Below, in pieces: positions 48,853 to 58,700 of a stretch of 64,000 nucleotides of DNA (position 1 is the stretch's first letter; each line of letters starts with the position of its first letter). Source of the DNA: Gammaproteobacteria bacterium (GTDB taxonomy: Bacteria; Pseudomonadota; Gammaproteobacteria; Pseudomonadales; Cellvibrionaceae). The stretch covers positions 20,785-84,784 of the forward strand of contig SEBU01000008.1 in assembly GCA_004173475.1 (NCBI GenBank), read 5' to 3'. Made by a program: the position numbers and the translations under genes. The notes beneath the pieces were generated by a model that was not told where the DNA came from, made no database searches, and was given only the letters and a program-made list of their open reading frames with translations.

Positions 48853-49758
48853 ATGAAAATAGCTATCTTGTCCCGCAACCGCCACCTTTATTCCACCAGG
48901 CGGTTGGCGGAAGCCTGTGTTGCCCGTGGCCATGAAGTAAGGGTGATAGATATTCTTAAATGCTCCATGGACATAAGTTCCTCTAGCCCGGCCATCTGGC
49001 ACAAGGGCGAAGAATTACGTGATTTTGATGCGATCATTCCGCGCATTGGAGCATCGGTAACGCATTATGGTTTGGCGGTTATCAGGCAGTTTGAAATGAT
49101 GGGTGTTTATTGCCTCACCGAATCAGTAGCCTTGGGGCGCTCGCGCGACAAATTGCGTGCCCTCCAATTGCTGTCGCGAAAAGGTATAGGTTTACCTAAA
49201 ACCGGTTTCGCTTATAACGTTCATGACACTAAAGAATTGATCAAGCTTGTGGGTGGCGCTCCTCTTGTATTAAAACTTTGTGAGGGCACCCAGGGGCGCG
49301 GTATTGTACTAGCAGAAACCTCCAAGGCGGCGGAGAGTGTGATTGAAGCCTTCCGCGAATTGCGCGCTGAATTTTTGGTGCAAGAGTTTATTAAGGAAGC
49401 TAGCGGTAGCGACGTGCGTTGTTTCGTGGTGGGCGGCAAAATTGTTGCGGCTATGCAACGCACGGCGCAGGAAGGTGAATTTCGTTCTAACTTGCACCGC
49501 GGTGGCAGCGCAAAAATAACCAAGCTCACACCTGAGGAGCGTTCAACGGCAATCAAAGCCGCGCAAACTATGGGTTTGCAAGTAGCCGGTGTCGATTTGC
49601 TTCGTTCGAATCGAGGCCCACTGGTGATGGAAGTGAATTCCTCTCCAGGTTTAGAAGGTATTGAAGCAGCGACGAAAAAAGATATCGCGGCTATCATTAT
49701 CGAGTTTATAGAAGAGAATGCGCGGCCTAATAACAATAAAACTAAAGGCAAAGGATAA
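48853..49758 (+). CDS. rimK: ATP-grasp ribosomal protein S6--glutamate ligase
   Basis: [35 protein letters not shown] and [13 protein letters not shown]. Confidence 0.96.
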   Translation: MKIAILSRNRHLYSTRRLAEACVARGHEVRVIDILKCSMDISSSSPAIWHKGEELRDFDAIIPRIGASVTHYGLAVIRQFEMMGVYCLTESVALGRSRDKLRALQLLSRKGIGLPKTGFAYNVHDTKELIKLVGGAPLVLKLCEGTQGRGIVLAETSKAAESVIEAFRELRAEFLVQEFIKEASGSDVRCFVVGGKIVAAMQRTAQEGEFRSNLHRGGSAKITKLTPEERSTAIKAAQTMGLQVAGVDLLRSNRGPLVMEVNSSPGLEGIEAATKKDIAAIIIEFIEENARPNNNKTKGKG

Positions 49759-49791
49759 AACAAGCTCAAGCTGCGCTTGGCAATTCAAATA

Positions 49792-52086
49792 TTAAGCACC
49801 CAACTTAAAATCCAGCGGAATTACGGTGCCATCAAAACAAAAGCGACCGCCATGGAAATGGCTTTCAAATTGTTTTGGTGACATAGGTTTTGCGTAAAGA
49901 AAACCTTGTGCCTGATCGCAACCGCGCTGACGTAGCCACTCCGCTTGATGTTCAGTTTCAACACCTTCGGCAACCACACGCAACTGCATGCTATGAGCCA
50001 GCCCAATAATAGTTTTGGTAATTGCCGCATCGTTCATGTCATCGTGAATATCGGTGACGAAGCTGCGATCAATTTTTAATTTTTGGATGGGGAATCGTTG
50101 TAGGTAAGCTAGTGATGAATAGCCTGTGCCAAAATCATCTATGGCTAAATACATACCCATTTGGTTGAGTTGATTAAGCTGATTAATAGTTTCGCCTGCG
50201 TGTTCCATCGCGCAACTTTCAGTAATCTCCAATTCAAGGTGCTCTGGCGCTAACTGAGTTTCGCGCAGAATGGCTTCAACTTTACCTGGGAAATTTTTTT
50301 GGCGGAATTGACGAGGTGACAAATTAACCGCAATTTTTCCAACATGTCTGCCTGAATCCAACCAGAGTTTCTGCTGGCGGCAGGCTTCACGTAATACCCA
50401 TTCTCCAAGCGGGACAATCAAGCCTGTTTCTTCAGCAAGCGGAATAAAGTGAGCAGGGGATACAAGGCCTCGCTCGGGATGTTGCCAGCGTACCAAAGCC
50501 TCCACGCCCATGAGCTCGCCGGATTTCAAATCAATTTGTGGTTGGTAGTGCAATGTAAATTGGTGCAAATCCAGGGCGCGCCGCAAATCATTTTCCAAAA
50601 GTAGATAATTCACAGCAGTTGCATTCATACCTTTAGTATAAAACTGACAATTATTTTTCCCCGCCTCCTTTGCTTTATACATTGCTATATCAGCATGTTT
50701 AAGAAGTTCATCCGTATCAAAACCGTCTTCGGGAAACATGCTGACCCCAATGCTCACCGTTGACGAAATTTCGTGGCCGCTGATTTCTATGGGGCGAGCC
50801 AGCGCCACCAATAATTTGTTGGCGACAAACACAACATCGTCGATATCCTGCACACCCTCCAGCACTACGACAAATTCGTCACCGCCTAAACGCGCGACCG
50901 TATCCATATCACGCACTCCTTCACTAATGCGCGTGGAAATAGCTTTAATCATCAGGTCGCCGGCGTCATGACCTAAACTGTCATTAATATTTTTAAATCT
51001 GTCTATATCCAACAACATTAAAGCAACTTTTGAGTTGCTTCGGCGTGCGCGCGCGAGTCCTTGATAAATGCGGTCGTAAAATAAGGAGCGATTCGGGAGG
51101 CCCGTCAGTGCATCGTGAAAAGCCATATAGTTAAGACGCGATTGTTGTTCGCGTAAGGCAGTTTCGGCAAGTTTGCGTTCGGAAATATCTGTACCTATAG
51201 TGCAAACTCCAAAGACACGATTATCTTTTGATCGCAGCGGGAATTTCACCATTAAATAGGTATGCATACTGCCGTCTTTATGCATCAAGTCGAGTTCAAC
51301 TTCATAAGTTTGCTGTGTGTTTTTTGCGGCAGCATCTATCTCGCAAATGGCCTGTGCAACATCCTTCGGATAAATATCGAATACATTTTTTCCGACAAAA
51401 CCAGTTTCGTCGATGTTAGCTATCTGCTTAAAGTGCTCGCTAGCCAATACGACATTCCCGTCTAAATCTTTAACCGAAATTAATGCAGGTGAAAAACGCA
51501 AAATTGCGTTGAGATAAGTTTCGCTAGCCCACAACGCCTGTTCCGCCAAACGAAAACGTTCGGCCTGCTCCTCGTGGTGACACGAATCTATTATTTGGCG
51601 AATCAAGAGCGTACTAAAAGTCCACACAGAATCCAAATCCCTAGCGGACTGGATTAAATCTGAAAGCTGTCGTTCACTCTCCATGTAAAACACGGCAACT
51701 GTTTTATCGTTTTCTAAAATTGGGCGTAGGTAGCATGCATTGCAACCTTTTTTTGTAAAGGTAGATCCGAGAGCATTAATTTGATCGGCGTCTAATTGCT
51801 GAGCTTTGCCGGAATCAAACACCTGATGAATGTGGTGATGCGGTAAATAGCTGAGGCGATTAAGAGCTGTACTAATCCCAGTGACTTGTAAATCGGAGCC
51901 CTGTTGCGCCGCTATAGCTTCTACGAAAAGATGGTTGTCGCGCTCAACAATGAGTACTGCGCGGCTGACGGTAGATTTAGCGGCTACAAGTTTTACGAGC
52001 CGTTCAGCGATTTCCTTATGATTCAAATTTGTAAAAAGCTGATGGAATTTTTTAATTAATTCCACTGCATTGTTTTTATTTTGCAT
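49792..52086 (-). CDS. GAF-PAS-GGDEF-EAL diguanylate cyclase/phosphodiesterase
   Basis: HDALTGLPNR, intact RLGGDEF, EALVRW, IDDFGTGYSSL, KIDRSF and AEGVET: both catalytic motif sets look intact. Confidence 0.93.
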   Translation of the reverse strand: MQNKNNAVELIKKFHQLFTNLNHKEIAERLVKLVAAKSTVSRAVLIVERDNHLFVEAIAAQQGSDLQVTGISTALNRLSYLPHHHIHQVFDSGKAQQLDADQINALGSTFTKKGCNACYLRPILENDKTVAVFYMESERQLSDLIQSARDLDSVWTFSTLLIRQIIDSCHHEEQAERFRLAEQALWASETYLNAILRFSPALISVKDLDGNVVLASEHFKQIANIDETGFVGKNVFDIYPKDVAQAICEIDAAAKNTQQTYEVELDLMHKDGSMHTYLMVKFPLRSKDNRVFGVCTIGTDISERKLAETALREQQSRLNYMAFHDALTGLPNRSLFYDRIYQGLARARRSNSKVALMLLDIDRFKNINDSLGHDAGDLMIKAISTRISEGVRDMDTVARLGGDEFVVVLEGVQDIDDVVFVANKLLVALARPIEISGHEISSTVSIGVSMFPEDGFDTDELLKHADIAMYKAKEAGKNNCQFYTKGMNATAVNYLLLENDLRRALDLHQFTLHYQPQIDLKSGELMGVEALVRWQHPERGLVSPAHFIPLAEETGLIVPLGEWVLREACRQQKLWLDSGRHVGKIAVNLSPRQFRQKNFPGKVEAILRETQLAPEHLELEITESCAMEHAGETINQLNQLNQMGMYLAIDDFGTGYSSLAYLQRFPIQKLKIDRSFVTDIHDDMNDAAITKTIIGLAHSMQLRVVAEGVETEHQAEWLRQRGCDQAQGFLYAKPMSPKQFESHFHGGRFCFDGTVIPLDFKLGA

Positions 52087-52465
52087 AGTTGCCCACTAAG
52101 GATAATCGGTGCCGGGTGATCACATGCTGCTGAATTAGTAGTGATAATGTTAATTGTCTTTTAACTGGCGACACTTACCTCTTACAAAACGGTATCAATT
52201 CTTCCAAAAATTGACGTCTTATTTTATATAGCTTTTCTTCATCATAAACAAAAATTTTAAAGATGTCTGTAATAAAAACAGAGGTGTGTTATTAGGTTAC
52301 ATCTAGTTAGCGTCCGCGCTATTTAATTGTTTTATTTGCTTGAAAAATGATCCTAGTGCCAAACTTAAAATCTTATCTATACTTGGTAAGCCACGCTGCG
52401 ATTCATATATGCATTAGCGTTGCGGCATAGATTTAATAATAAATCTTAAGGTTTGGAGGCGCCAA

Positions 52466-53104
52466 ATGAGGCGTAAGGTTCCCTTCTTAGGGGAAGAACG
52501 TATAGCGCGAGCTGGTGATGACGAAGCCGAAGCGAAAAAGAATCGCGGGCATCTGATTGACGATGTTTTGAGCACGCAAAAACAATCCACCACATGGGAT
52601 GATTTGGTAACTAATGATTATCCAGATCCTATTGGTGCTCCAAAGGTGCAACGCGCTCATGCACCCGCTCCTGCAATCGTAAGTAAACCGCGCCCAAAAA
52701 AGGTGCCTGTAACACCTGGGGCGGTTTTTAAAAAAGCAGTTATCGAAGGCACTTATTCAGATGCGAACGCTGCGACTATCGATTGGTTGCCAATCAATAG
52801 CGGCCACGGTTTGAGAATAAATATCTGCGGCACTTTGGATCAGAATTTACGCAGTGAGTGGCGCAGGTTATTGGAAGAGACGGCTACGAGTGATGTAGGT
52901 CAATTCGAATTTAACTTAACTGAGGCGCCCAACCTAACCTTAACGGGGCTGGGTATGTTGCTTTTATTTAAAGAGCAGAAGGGTTCAGAACGTGGTGACA
53001 TTAAATTGTGTCACTGCAATAAAGATGTATGGCAATTACTTCAGTGGACGGGTATGGACAAGTATTTCACTATCCAGGGTGGCCCTGCACCAGATGGACG
53101 ATAG
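52466..53104 (+). CDS. Protein with low-complexity N-terminal region and C-terminal STAS (anti-anti-sigma-like) domain
   Basis: INICGTLD...FNLTEAPNLTLTGLGMLL...IKLCHCNKDVWQLLQWTGMDKYFTI resembles STAS. Confidence 0.7.
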   Translation: MRRKVPFLGEERIARAGDDEAEAKKNRGHLIDDVLSTQKQSTTWDDLVTNDYPDPIGAPKVQRAHAPAPAIVSKPRPKKVPVTPGAVFKKAVIEGTYSDANAATIDWLPINSGHGLRINICGTLDQNLRSEWRRLLEETATSDVGQFEFNLTEAPNLTLTGLGMLLLFKEQKGSERGDIKLCHCNKDVWQLLQWTGMDKYFTIQGGPAPDGR

Positions 53105-53119
53105 TTATTATCCGTGAAG

Positions 53120-53153
53120 AAAAAACGCCTGATGTTTATCAGGCGTTTTTTTT
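53120..53153. terminator. Bidirectional terminator between the STAS gene and hisC
   Basis: AAAAAACGCCTGAT-GTTT-ATCAGGCGTTTTTTTT. Confidence 0.9.
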
Positions 53154-53156
53154 GCA

Positions 53157-54209
53157 TCAAAGGTTTTTTAACACGCTAACCATCGCCTGCATTTGTTCAT
53201 CAGTGCCTATGGTAATACGCAAAAATTGATTGATCCTTGGTTTGTTAAAATAACGCACCAGAATTTTGTGCTCACGCAAATACTCAGCAATTTTTGCGGC
53301 GTCTTTTCCTAAAGGCTGCGCAAACACAAAATTCGCTTGTGATGGCAATACCTTAAACCCGAGCTTTTCCAATTCTTTGGTGGTCCATTCGCGCGTAGCA
53401 ATAATCTTATCGCGACCTTCTTTGAAATAAGCATCATCTTCAAATGACACTATCGCAGCAGCTTCTGCGAGACGATCAAGTGGATAAGAATTAAAAGAGT
53501 TTTTTACTCGATCAAGTGCATCAATCAAATCCTTCTGTCCGATTGCAAGACCAACACGCAATCCAGCCAGCGCACGTGATTTCGATAGAGTTTGTACCAC
53601 GAGTAAATTGGGATATTTATCCACCAGGGCTATTGCTGTTTCACCACCAAAGTCGATGTATGCTTCATCAACAATAACAACGGATTCGGTATTTTTTTGC
53701 AACAGGGTTTCAATATCTGTTAAAGATTTTCCAATAGCGGTGGGTGCATTTGGATTTGGGAAAATAATCCCACCATTTTCGGCAGAGTAATCAGAGAAAT
53801 TAATTGTGTAATCATCGCGTAAAGGAACGGTATTAAATTCGATTCCAAATAACTTGCAGTACACAGGATAAAAACTGTAACTGATATCAGGAAATAATAA
53901 AGGGCGCGATTGTTGAAAAAAAGCCATAAAGGCCAAGGCTAAAACCTCGTCGCTCCCGTTACCCACGAATACCTGGTCGGTAGTTACATCATAATAACTT
54001 GCGATGGTGCTCTTAAGCTTTTTAGAATTCGGATCAGGATAAAGTCGCAAGCGGTCAATGGCGTCATGGGTTATTAAATTAATTACGTTAGGTGAGGGCG
54101 GGTAAGGGCTCTCATTCGTATTCAATTTAATCAGACCATCAATTTGTGGTTGCTCGCCAGGAACATAAGGCTCCAGCTCACGCACCACCTGACTCCAGAA
54201 CTTCGACAT
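53157..54209 (-). CDS. hisC: Histidinol-phosphate aminotransferase
   Basis: [36 protein letters not shown] and LRITIGT. Start ATG 54209. Confidence 0.94.
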   Translation of the reverse strand: MSKFWSQVVRELEPYVPGEQPQIDGLIKLNTNESPYPPSPNVINLITHDAIDRLRLYPDPNSKKLKSTIASYYDVTTDQVFVGNGSDEVLALAFMAFFQQSRPLLFPDISYSFYPVYCKLFGIEFNTVPLRDDYTINFSDYSAENGGIIFPNPNAPTAIGKSLTDIETLLQKNTESVVIVDEAYIDFGGETAIALVDKYPNLLVVQTLSKSRALAGLRVGLAIGQKDLIDALDRVKNSFNSYPLDRLAEAAAIVSFEDDAYFKEGRDKIIATREWTTKELEKLGFKVLPSQANFVFAQPLGKDAAKIAEYLREHKILVRYFNKPRINQFLRITIGTDEQMQAMVSVLKNL

Positions 54210-54304
54210 TACTACCTTGCTCCTTTTAGCGAGGGGTGAATATGAAAAACATCGCGGACGGCGAGTATACCTTTTATACACTTTTTTTGCGCGATGCTTT
54301 TTTA

Positions 54305-54339
54305 CAAAACATTGCCCCGTAGGAGCTTCGGGGCAGTGT
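54305..54339 (-). terminator. Terminator of the oxidoreductase-isochorismatase-SnoaL gene run
   Basis: Minus strand ACACTGCCCCG-aagctccta-CGGGGCAATGT followed by TTTGT. Confidence 0.7.
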
Positions 54340-54347
54340 TATTCTGT

Positions 54348-54836
54348 TTAAAGTTTTAGCATGTTGTCCCAGTGTTCTGCGATCTTCCCGTTCTCTACAC
54401 GGAACATATCGAACCACGTTGTGGTATAGGTTTTGGTCGCATCGTCTGGGTCTTTGACTTCGCTAACGAAAGTCAATATGACCAGGTCGCCCTCAGCTGT
54501 TATTGATACCAAAGGTTTACTTATTTTGTCCGCAATGTTTTGATTTTTTTTGAATTTAGTAACGGATGCGATAAAAGCTTCGCGATCGGTTGCGACGTTA
54601 GGATTGTGTTGAATGTAATTTTCAGTCATATACTTGGCTGCTAATTCTGTGTGACCTGCCTCGAACACTTCACGCCAAAAATCGTAAACCAGTTTTTTAT
54701 TTGTTGCGAGTTTTGGGTCCTTACTCGCGAGCATAGCTTTATGGTCAGGATTTGCTGTTACGGGAACTTGCGCTAAAGTGGGAAGTGTTAAAAAAATGAC
54801 AAATGCGATGCAAGGTTTGAAAATTGTTTTAATCAT
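54348..54836 (-). CDS. Exported NTF2/SnoaL-like family protein
   Basis: Signal peptide, NKKLVYDFWREVF, YIQHNPNV, AEGDLV and FDMFRVENGKIAEHWD. Confidence 0.88.
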   Translation of the reverse strand: MIKTIFKPCIAFVIFLTLPTLAQVPVTANPDHKAMLASKDPKLATNKKLVYDFWREVFEAGHTELAAKYMTENYIQHNPNVATDREAFIASVTKFKKNQNIADKISKPLVSITAEGDLVILTFVSEVKDPDDATKTYTTTWFDMFRVENGKIAEHWDNMLKL

Positions 54837-54957
54837 AAAAATATTCCTTGTGAATGTTTACGGTTAGTAGACGCTGTGTGACTAATAGTAAAGGACTTGT
54901 AGGTCGTTGTTAACTTATATGAGTTTAGATTGAATATTAAATAACTCATTTACACCT

Positions 54958-55548
54958 TTAACTCGTTTGCATCGTCAACAATACCGCAAACGCGTCGCGC
55001 AATTCAGCGAGCGAAACTTGTTTTACAATTTCCGCCGGAATATGAATTCCTTTGTGATCAGTTAAATCTCGGCTCGTGGTGGCCTTAGCCACCACAGTTG
55101 ATTGATAACCGAAATCAAGTGCAGCGCGAACTGTAGCGGAGACACAAACATGTGTGGTACATCCTGCGATAATCAATTGCTTGCGACCAGTGACGGTAAT
55201 GAGCGCATGTAAATTCGTTCCGGCAAATGCGTTTGGGTAATGCTTAATTACGGTAATTTCATCTTGAGTTGCGGTGACTTCTGCTAGCTCTTTGTAATGA
55301 GGCCCTTCGCTATTAAATAGCAAATTATTTTCAGGGCCTTGATTTAATATGTGGAAAATTGGGGTGTTGTGAGTACGTGCGGTAGTTAATAAATCTGCTG
55401 CTCCTTTCAATGTTGCTTGCATATCTGGCAATGGCACAGCGCCGTCTAAATATTCACGCTGCATATCAATTAAAATTACCACGGCCTGACTTAATCGAGC
55501 CGGCGGATGGTCAAAACCAAACATTTCAACAAAGGTTTTTTGAGCCAT
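54958..55548 (-). CDS. Isochorismatase-family cysteine hydrolase
   Basis: ILIDMQREY (Asp), VIKHYPNAF (Lys) and AGCTTHVCVSAT (Cys) triad. Confidence 0.88.
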   Translation of the reverse strand: MAQKTFVEMFGFDHPPARLSQAVVILIDMQREYLDGAVPLPDMQATLKGAADLLTTARTHNTPIFHILNQGPENNLLFNSEGPHYKELAEVTATQDEITVIKHYPNAFAGTNLHALITVTGRKQLIIAGCTTHVCVSATVRAALDFGYQSTVVAKATTSRDLTDHKGIHIPAEIVKQVSLAELRDAFAVLLTMQTS

Positions 55549-55607
55549 GTTACTTTTCCTCTTGAGCTGTTGAATGATTGAAGTTAGGGACTTAATGAAT
55601 GAATCAA

Positions 55608-56219
55608 TTAGTAACCTACCGTAAAGCGTTGCTGCGTGTGGATTGGCTTTTCCAGTTCGTCCATTACCGCTATCGCAAAATCCTGCGTAGAAATTTTGCT
55701 TTCGCCTTTCGCATTGAATAGAAGCTGATCTCTTCCTAAACGAAATTTTCCGGTGCGCTCTCCGGGTTCAATAAATGCCGAGGGTGACGCATAAGTCCAG
55801 CTGAGTTCTTTTTCATCTTCTAATAGCGTAAGAAGATTTTTGGCAGCGTACGCCGTAGCTTTCCATTGTTCAGGAAATTTCGGCGTGTCGAGCAACTCCA
55901 CTCCATTAGCGTTCTTAAGACTCCCCGCTCCACCAATAAAAAGCACGTGTTTTATGTGAGAGGCTTTAATGGCTTTAACGATGCCAGCCATGTCTTGGTC
56001 TTCGTAGTGCAAACTTATAATCGCAGCATCCTGAGCAGTTAAGGCGCGTGTTAATTCAACGGAATTCTGCACGTCCAATTTTTTTGCTTCAGCCTTTTCA
56101 GCCGCAATAATTTTTGAAGGGTCGCGCACTAAAGCCGTTACTCGGTGATCCCGGCTTACTGCTTCATTAAAAATATATTGGCCGATAAAACCTGTGGCCC
56201 CAACGATCGCGATTTTCAT
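55608..56219 (-). CDS. NAD(P)H-binding short oxidoreductase (YwnB/BVR-B-like)
   Basis: MKIAIVGATGFIG, IGGAGSL, WTYASPS, GERTGKFRLG, ISTQDFA and RFTVGY. Confidence 0.9.
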   Translation of the reverse strand: MKIAIVGATGFIGQYIFNEAVSRDHRVTALVRDPSKIIAAEKAEAKKLDVQNSVELTRALTAQDAAIISLHYEDQDMAGIVKAIKASHIKHVLFIGGAGSLKNANGVELLDTPKFPEQWKATAYAAKNLLTLLEDEKELSWTYASPSAFIEPGERTGKFRLGRDQLLFNAKGESKISTQDFAIAVMDELEKPIHTQQRFTVGY

Positions 56220-56274
56220 AGTTGTTTCTCCAAGTGAACTGAGGATTCAGTGAAGTCAGTATGCCGGTTGGTTA

Positions 56275-56325
56275 TTGTCCTGATAAGACGGACAAAGCTG
56301 TATTGTAAGTTCACTATAAGTGAAC
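56275..56325. promoter_or_regulatory. Two inverted repeats in the divergent promoter region, candidate LysR sites
   Basis: TTGTCC-N9-GGACAA (56275-56295) and GTTCACT-ATA-AGTGAAC (56309-56325). Confidence 0.55.
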
Positions 56326-56401
56326 AATAATCAACTTGTGGAAAAATCACTCTTCGCTAAAACGATACTTCATTAAATTTTTATTCCGGATAGTCGCTCC
56401 T

Positions 56402-57304
56402 ATGGCTTCTTTGTTCGACATTAATCTCAATCGCCTGGTGGTATTCGTAGCGGTAGTTGAAACCGGATCTATCACAGGAGCGGCCAAGCGTTTAGGTTTG
56501 GCCAAAACTATGGTGAGCACACACATTCAAAAATTGGAGGTGGAAATTGGTAGTAATCTACTCGTGCGCACCACCCGTCGATTGCATCTCACCGAAGCAG
56601 GTACTCAGTTTTATCAGGCATGCCAAAAAATTTTGCAGGACACGGAAGCTGCCATTGCGATGGCGAGCAGCAATACGCAACAAGTTCGCGGTAAGTTGCG
56701 TGTTTCAGCTTCGGTAGATTTTGGGGCTTCGGTTGTTGCGCCCTTGGCAGCTAAGCTTACGAAAATGCATCCTGAACTTCGTATTGAAATAATATCCAGC
56801 GATCACCGGGTTGATATGGTGGCTGAAGGTATTGATGTAGCAATTCGTATCGGTCGCCTCGCAGATTCAAGTCATAAGGCAACACTGATTGCACAATTTG
56901 AAGAGTGGGTAGTTGCGACGCCGGAATTTTTTTCCGATCGATTGCCGCAGAGACCAAAAGATCTGGAACAATATCCGTTTGTGGCATTATCCGTGCTACC
57001 TAATTTATTAAATTGGAATTTTGTTCGTGATGAAAATGTATCTGAGTCGGTGCGTTTTAATGCGAGCATAATATCTAACACATCCATTGCTGTTAAAGCA
57101 GCTGTACTAGTCAACGCCGGCTTTATGATACAACCCGATTTTTTAGTGGCTGAAGAAATCGCTGCAGGAAAATTAATTCGCGTTGTGCCGGAATGGAACC
57201 TGTCAAGTGGTGGAATATATGCTGTTTTTCCCGCGAGCGTTCAGCGTTCGCATAAAGTGAGTGTTTTTATTTCAGCACTTAAAAAACTCTATACCGAAAA
57301 ATAA
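56402..57304 (+). CDS. LysR family transcriptional regulator (DmlR/CrgA type)
   Basis: HTH GSITGAAKRLG, RTTRRLHLTEAG and VDMVAEGIDVAIRIG; divergent from the oxidoreductase. Confidence 0.93.
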   Translation: MASLFDINLNRLVVFVAVVETGSITGAAKRLGLAKTMVSTHIQKLEVEIGSNLLVRTTRRLHLTEAGTQFYQACQKILQDTEAAIAMASSNTQQVRGKLRVSASVDFGASVVAPLAAKLTKMHPELRIEIISSDHRVDMVAEGIDVAIRIGRLADSSHKATLIAQFEEWVVATPEFFSDRLPQRPKDLEQYPFVALSVLPNLLNWNFVRDENVSESVRFNASIISNTSIAVKAAVLVNAGFMIQPDFLVAEEIAAGKLIRVVPEWNLSSGGIYAVFPASVQRSHKVSVFISALKKLYTEK

Positions 57305-57463
57305 ACCGCCTTAAATAACAAGCTTTCAATAAATCAATGCAGGATGTGCGCCCTGCGAAAAATTATAAAAAGTGGCGCATTAATTATTTTTAGTTAAATT
57401 TTTCAATGTAAATTTTTCTCCAGACCACAATTGCCGCTATAGTGCATTTATAAGGAGTCAATA

Positions 57464-58258
57464 ATGTTGAAATTAAATCCACAACTTATATTATTTGATT
57501 TGGATGGTACTCTGTACGTTAGCAATCAAGCGATCCCTGGCGCGGTTGATGCTTTAGATCGTCTTCGTGAGCACGGTTTTCAATTACGTTTTCTAACCAA
57601 TACAACAACTAAATCCCAAGCCCAGTTAGTTGAACAACTTAGATCATTAAATTTTTCCCTTGATACTCACGAATTAATAAGTGCTCCTGTTGCCGCGCAG
57701 TTGGAATTGCAGTCAATGCAGAAAAAAGCGGCGCGAACCCTTCGAATTTGGCCGGTAGTGGCTGACGCAATAAAAAAAGATTTTAGTGAATTTGAAATAG
57801 GCGAAATAAGTCCTGATGTGGTCGTGCTTGGAGATATTGGCGATCGCTGGGATTTGGATCTTATAAACAAATTGTTCAATGCGATCCATGGTGGCGCGCA
57901 ATTAATCGCGCTTCACAAAAACCGATTTTGGCAGACCGACGATGGTTTAAAAGCTGATATTGGATTTTTTGTTGCCGGACTTGAATACGTTTGCAATATG
58001 AATGCTCGTGTAATGGGAAAACCCAATGCGGATTTTTTCCAGCGTGTGTTAGATTCGGTAAGTGTAAGCGCGCGTGAAACAATGATGGTCGGCGATGATA
58101 TTGACAGTGATGTAGGTGGCGCGCAAGAACTCGGAATTAAAGGTTGTCTCGTGAAAACAGGAAAGTTTCGTCAAGGTTATTATGATCAATCCACCATAAA
58201 ACCCGATATGGTTGCTGAGTCGGTTGTTGATTTTGCTGACAGATTACTAAAAGCGTGA
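57464..58258 (+). CDS. HAD-IIA family hydrolase (TIGR01458/LHPP-like)
   Basis: FDLDGTL, LTNTTTK, MGKP and MVGDDIDSDVGGAQ..G.....VKTGKF motifs. Confidence 0.9.
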   Translation: MLKLNPQLILFDLDGTLYVSNQAIPGAVDALDRLREHGFQLRFLTNTTTKSQAQLVEQLRSLNFSLDTHELISAPVAAQLELQSMQKKAARTLRIWPVVADAIKKDFSEFEIGEISPDVVVLGDIGDRWDLDLINKLFNAIHGGAQLIALHKNRFWQTDDGLKADIGFFVAGLEYVCNMNARVMGKPNADFFQRVLDSVSVSARETMMVGDDIDSDVGGAQELGIKGCLVKTGKFRQGYYDQSTIKPDMVAESVVDFADRLLKA

Positions 58259-58300
58259 CGAGTAGCTTTAACCAGATTTTTTGTAACGCATGCATTTATT

Positions 58301-58484
58301 GCTTGAATTTAGTGCTTCGATGCACTATTTATGTGATTTATAAAATTAAAATAACCAAAAAATATTATTTGCTATCGTAAGTGAAATTCAAATTTGGCTT
58401 CAAAAGCCTAACGCGGTCGTGTAAGTCAAAAAAAAGTAGCCCTGTGAAAAAAGTAGTTTAGTGCCAAATGGCATGAAATAAGCA
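58301..58484 (+). promoter_or_regulatory. Candidate sigma54 promoter with upstream NtrC-like enhancer sites
   Basis: TGGCATGAAATAAGCA (GG 58470-71, 10 nt, GC 58482-83); GCTT-N7-GTGC (58301-15) and GCAC-N7-GTGA (58322-36), 21 bp apart. Confidence 0.55.
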
Positions 58485-58700
58485 TAATTAAAGAAACATG
58501 TTCGGCTGCGGCTAAAAATTTCGATATTCCATCTCACTTACTAACATTAGTTTTTCTTTTTTTGATTTCAAACTGCACACGTTTTTTATTAAATTGAATC
58601 GTTTGAATTGAGAGGACTTTTCTAACTGCAGGGATGAATTATTTATCGTGTCCATATCATTAACTTTCCCATACATAACCTTGTTGCAAAAGGAGCTCAC

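Noticed and set aside
49221-49769. 182-aa minus-strand ORF
   Set aside because: It lies antisense to rimK and has a Ser-rich shadow-frame composition.
54940-54995. Possible 1-nt deletion near the isochorismatase C-terminus (alternative frame reads VDDANELKV*)
   Set aside because: It cannot be supported without an alignment, and it would alter only about 8 terminal residues.
58500-58700. Cobalamin/TPP riboswitch or Fur box ahead of the TonB receptor
   Set aside because: No matching consensus was found in the leader.
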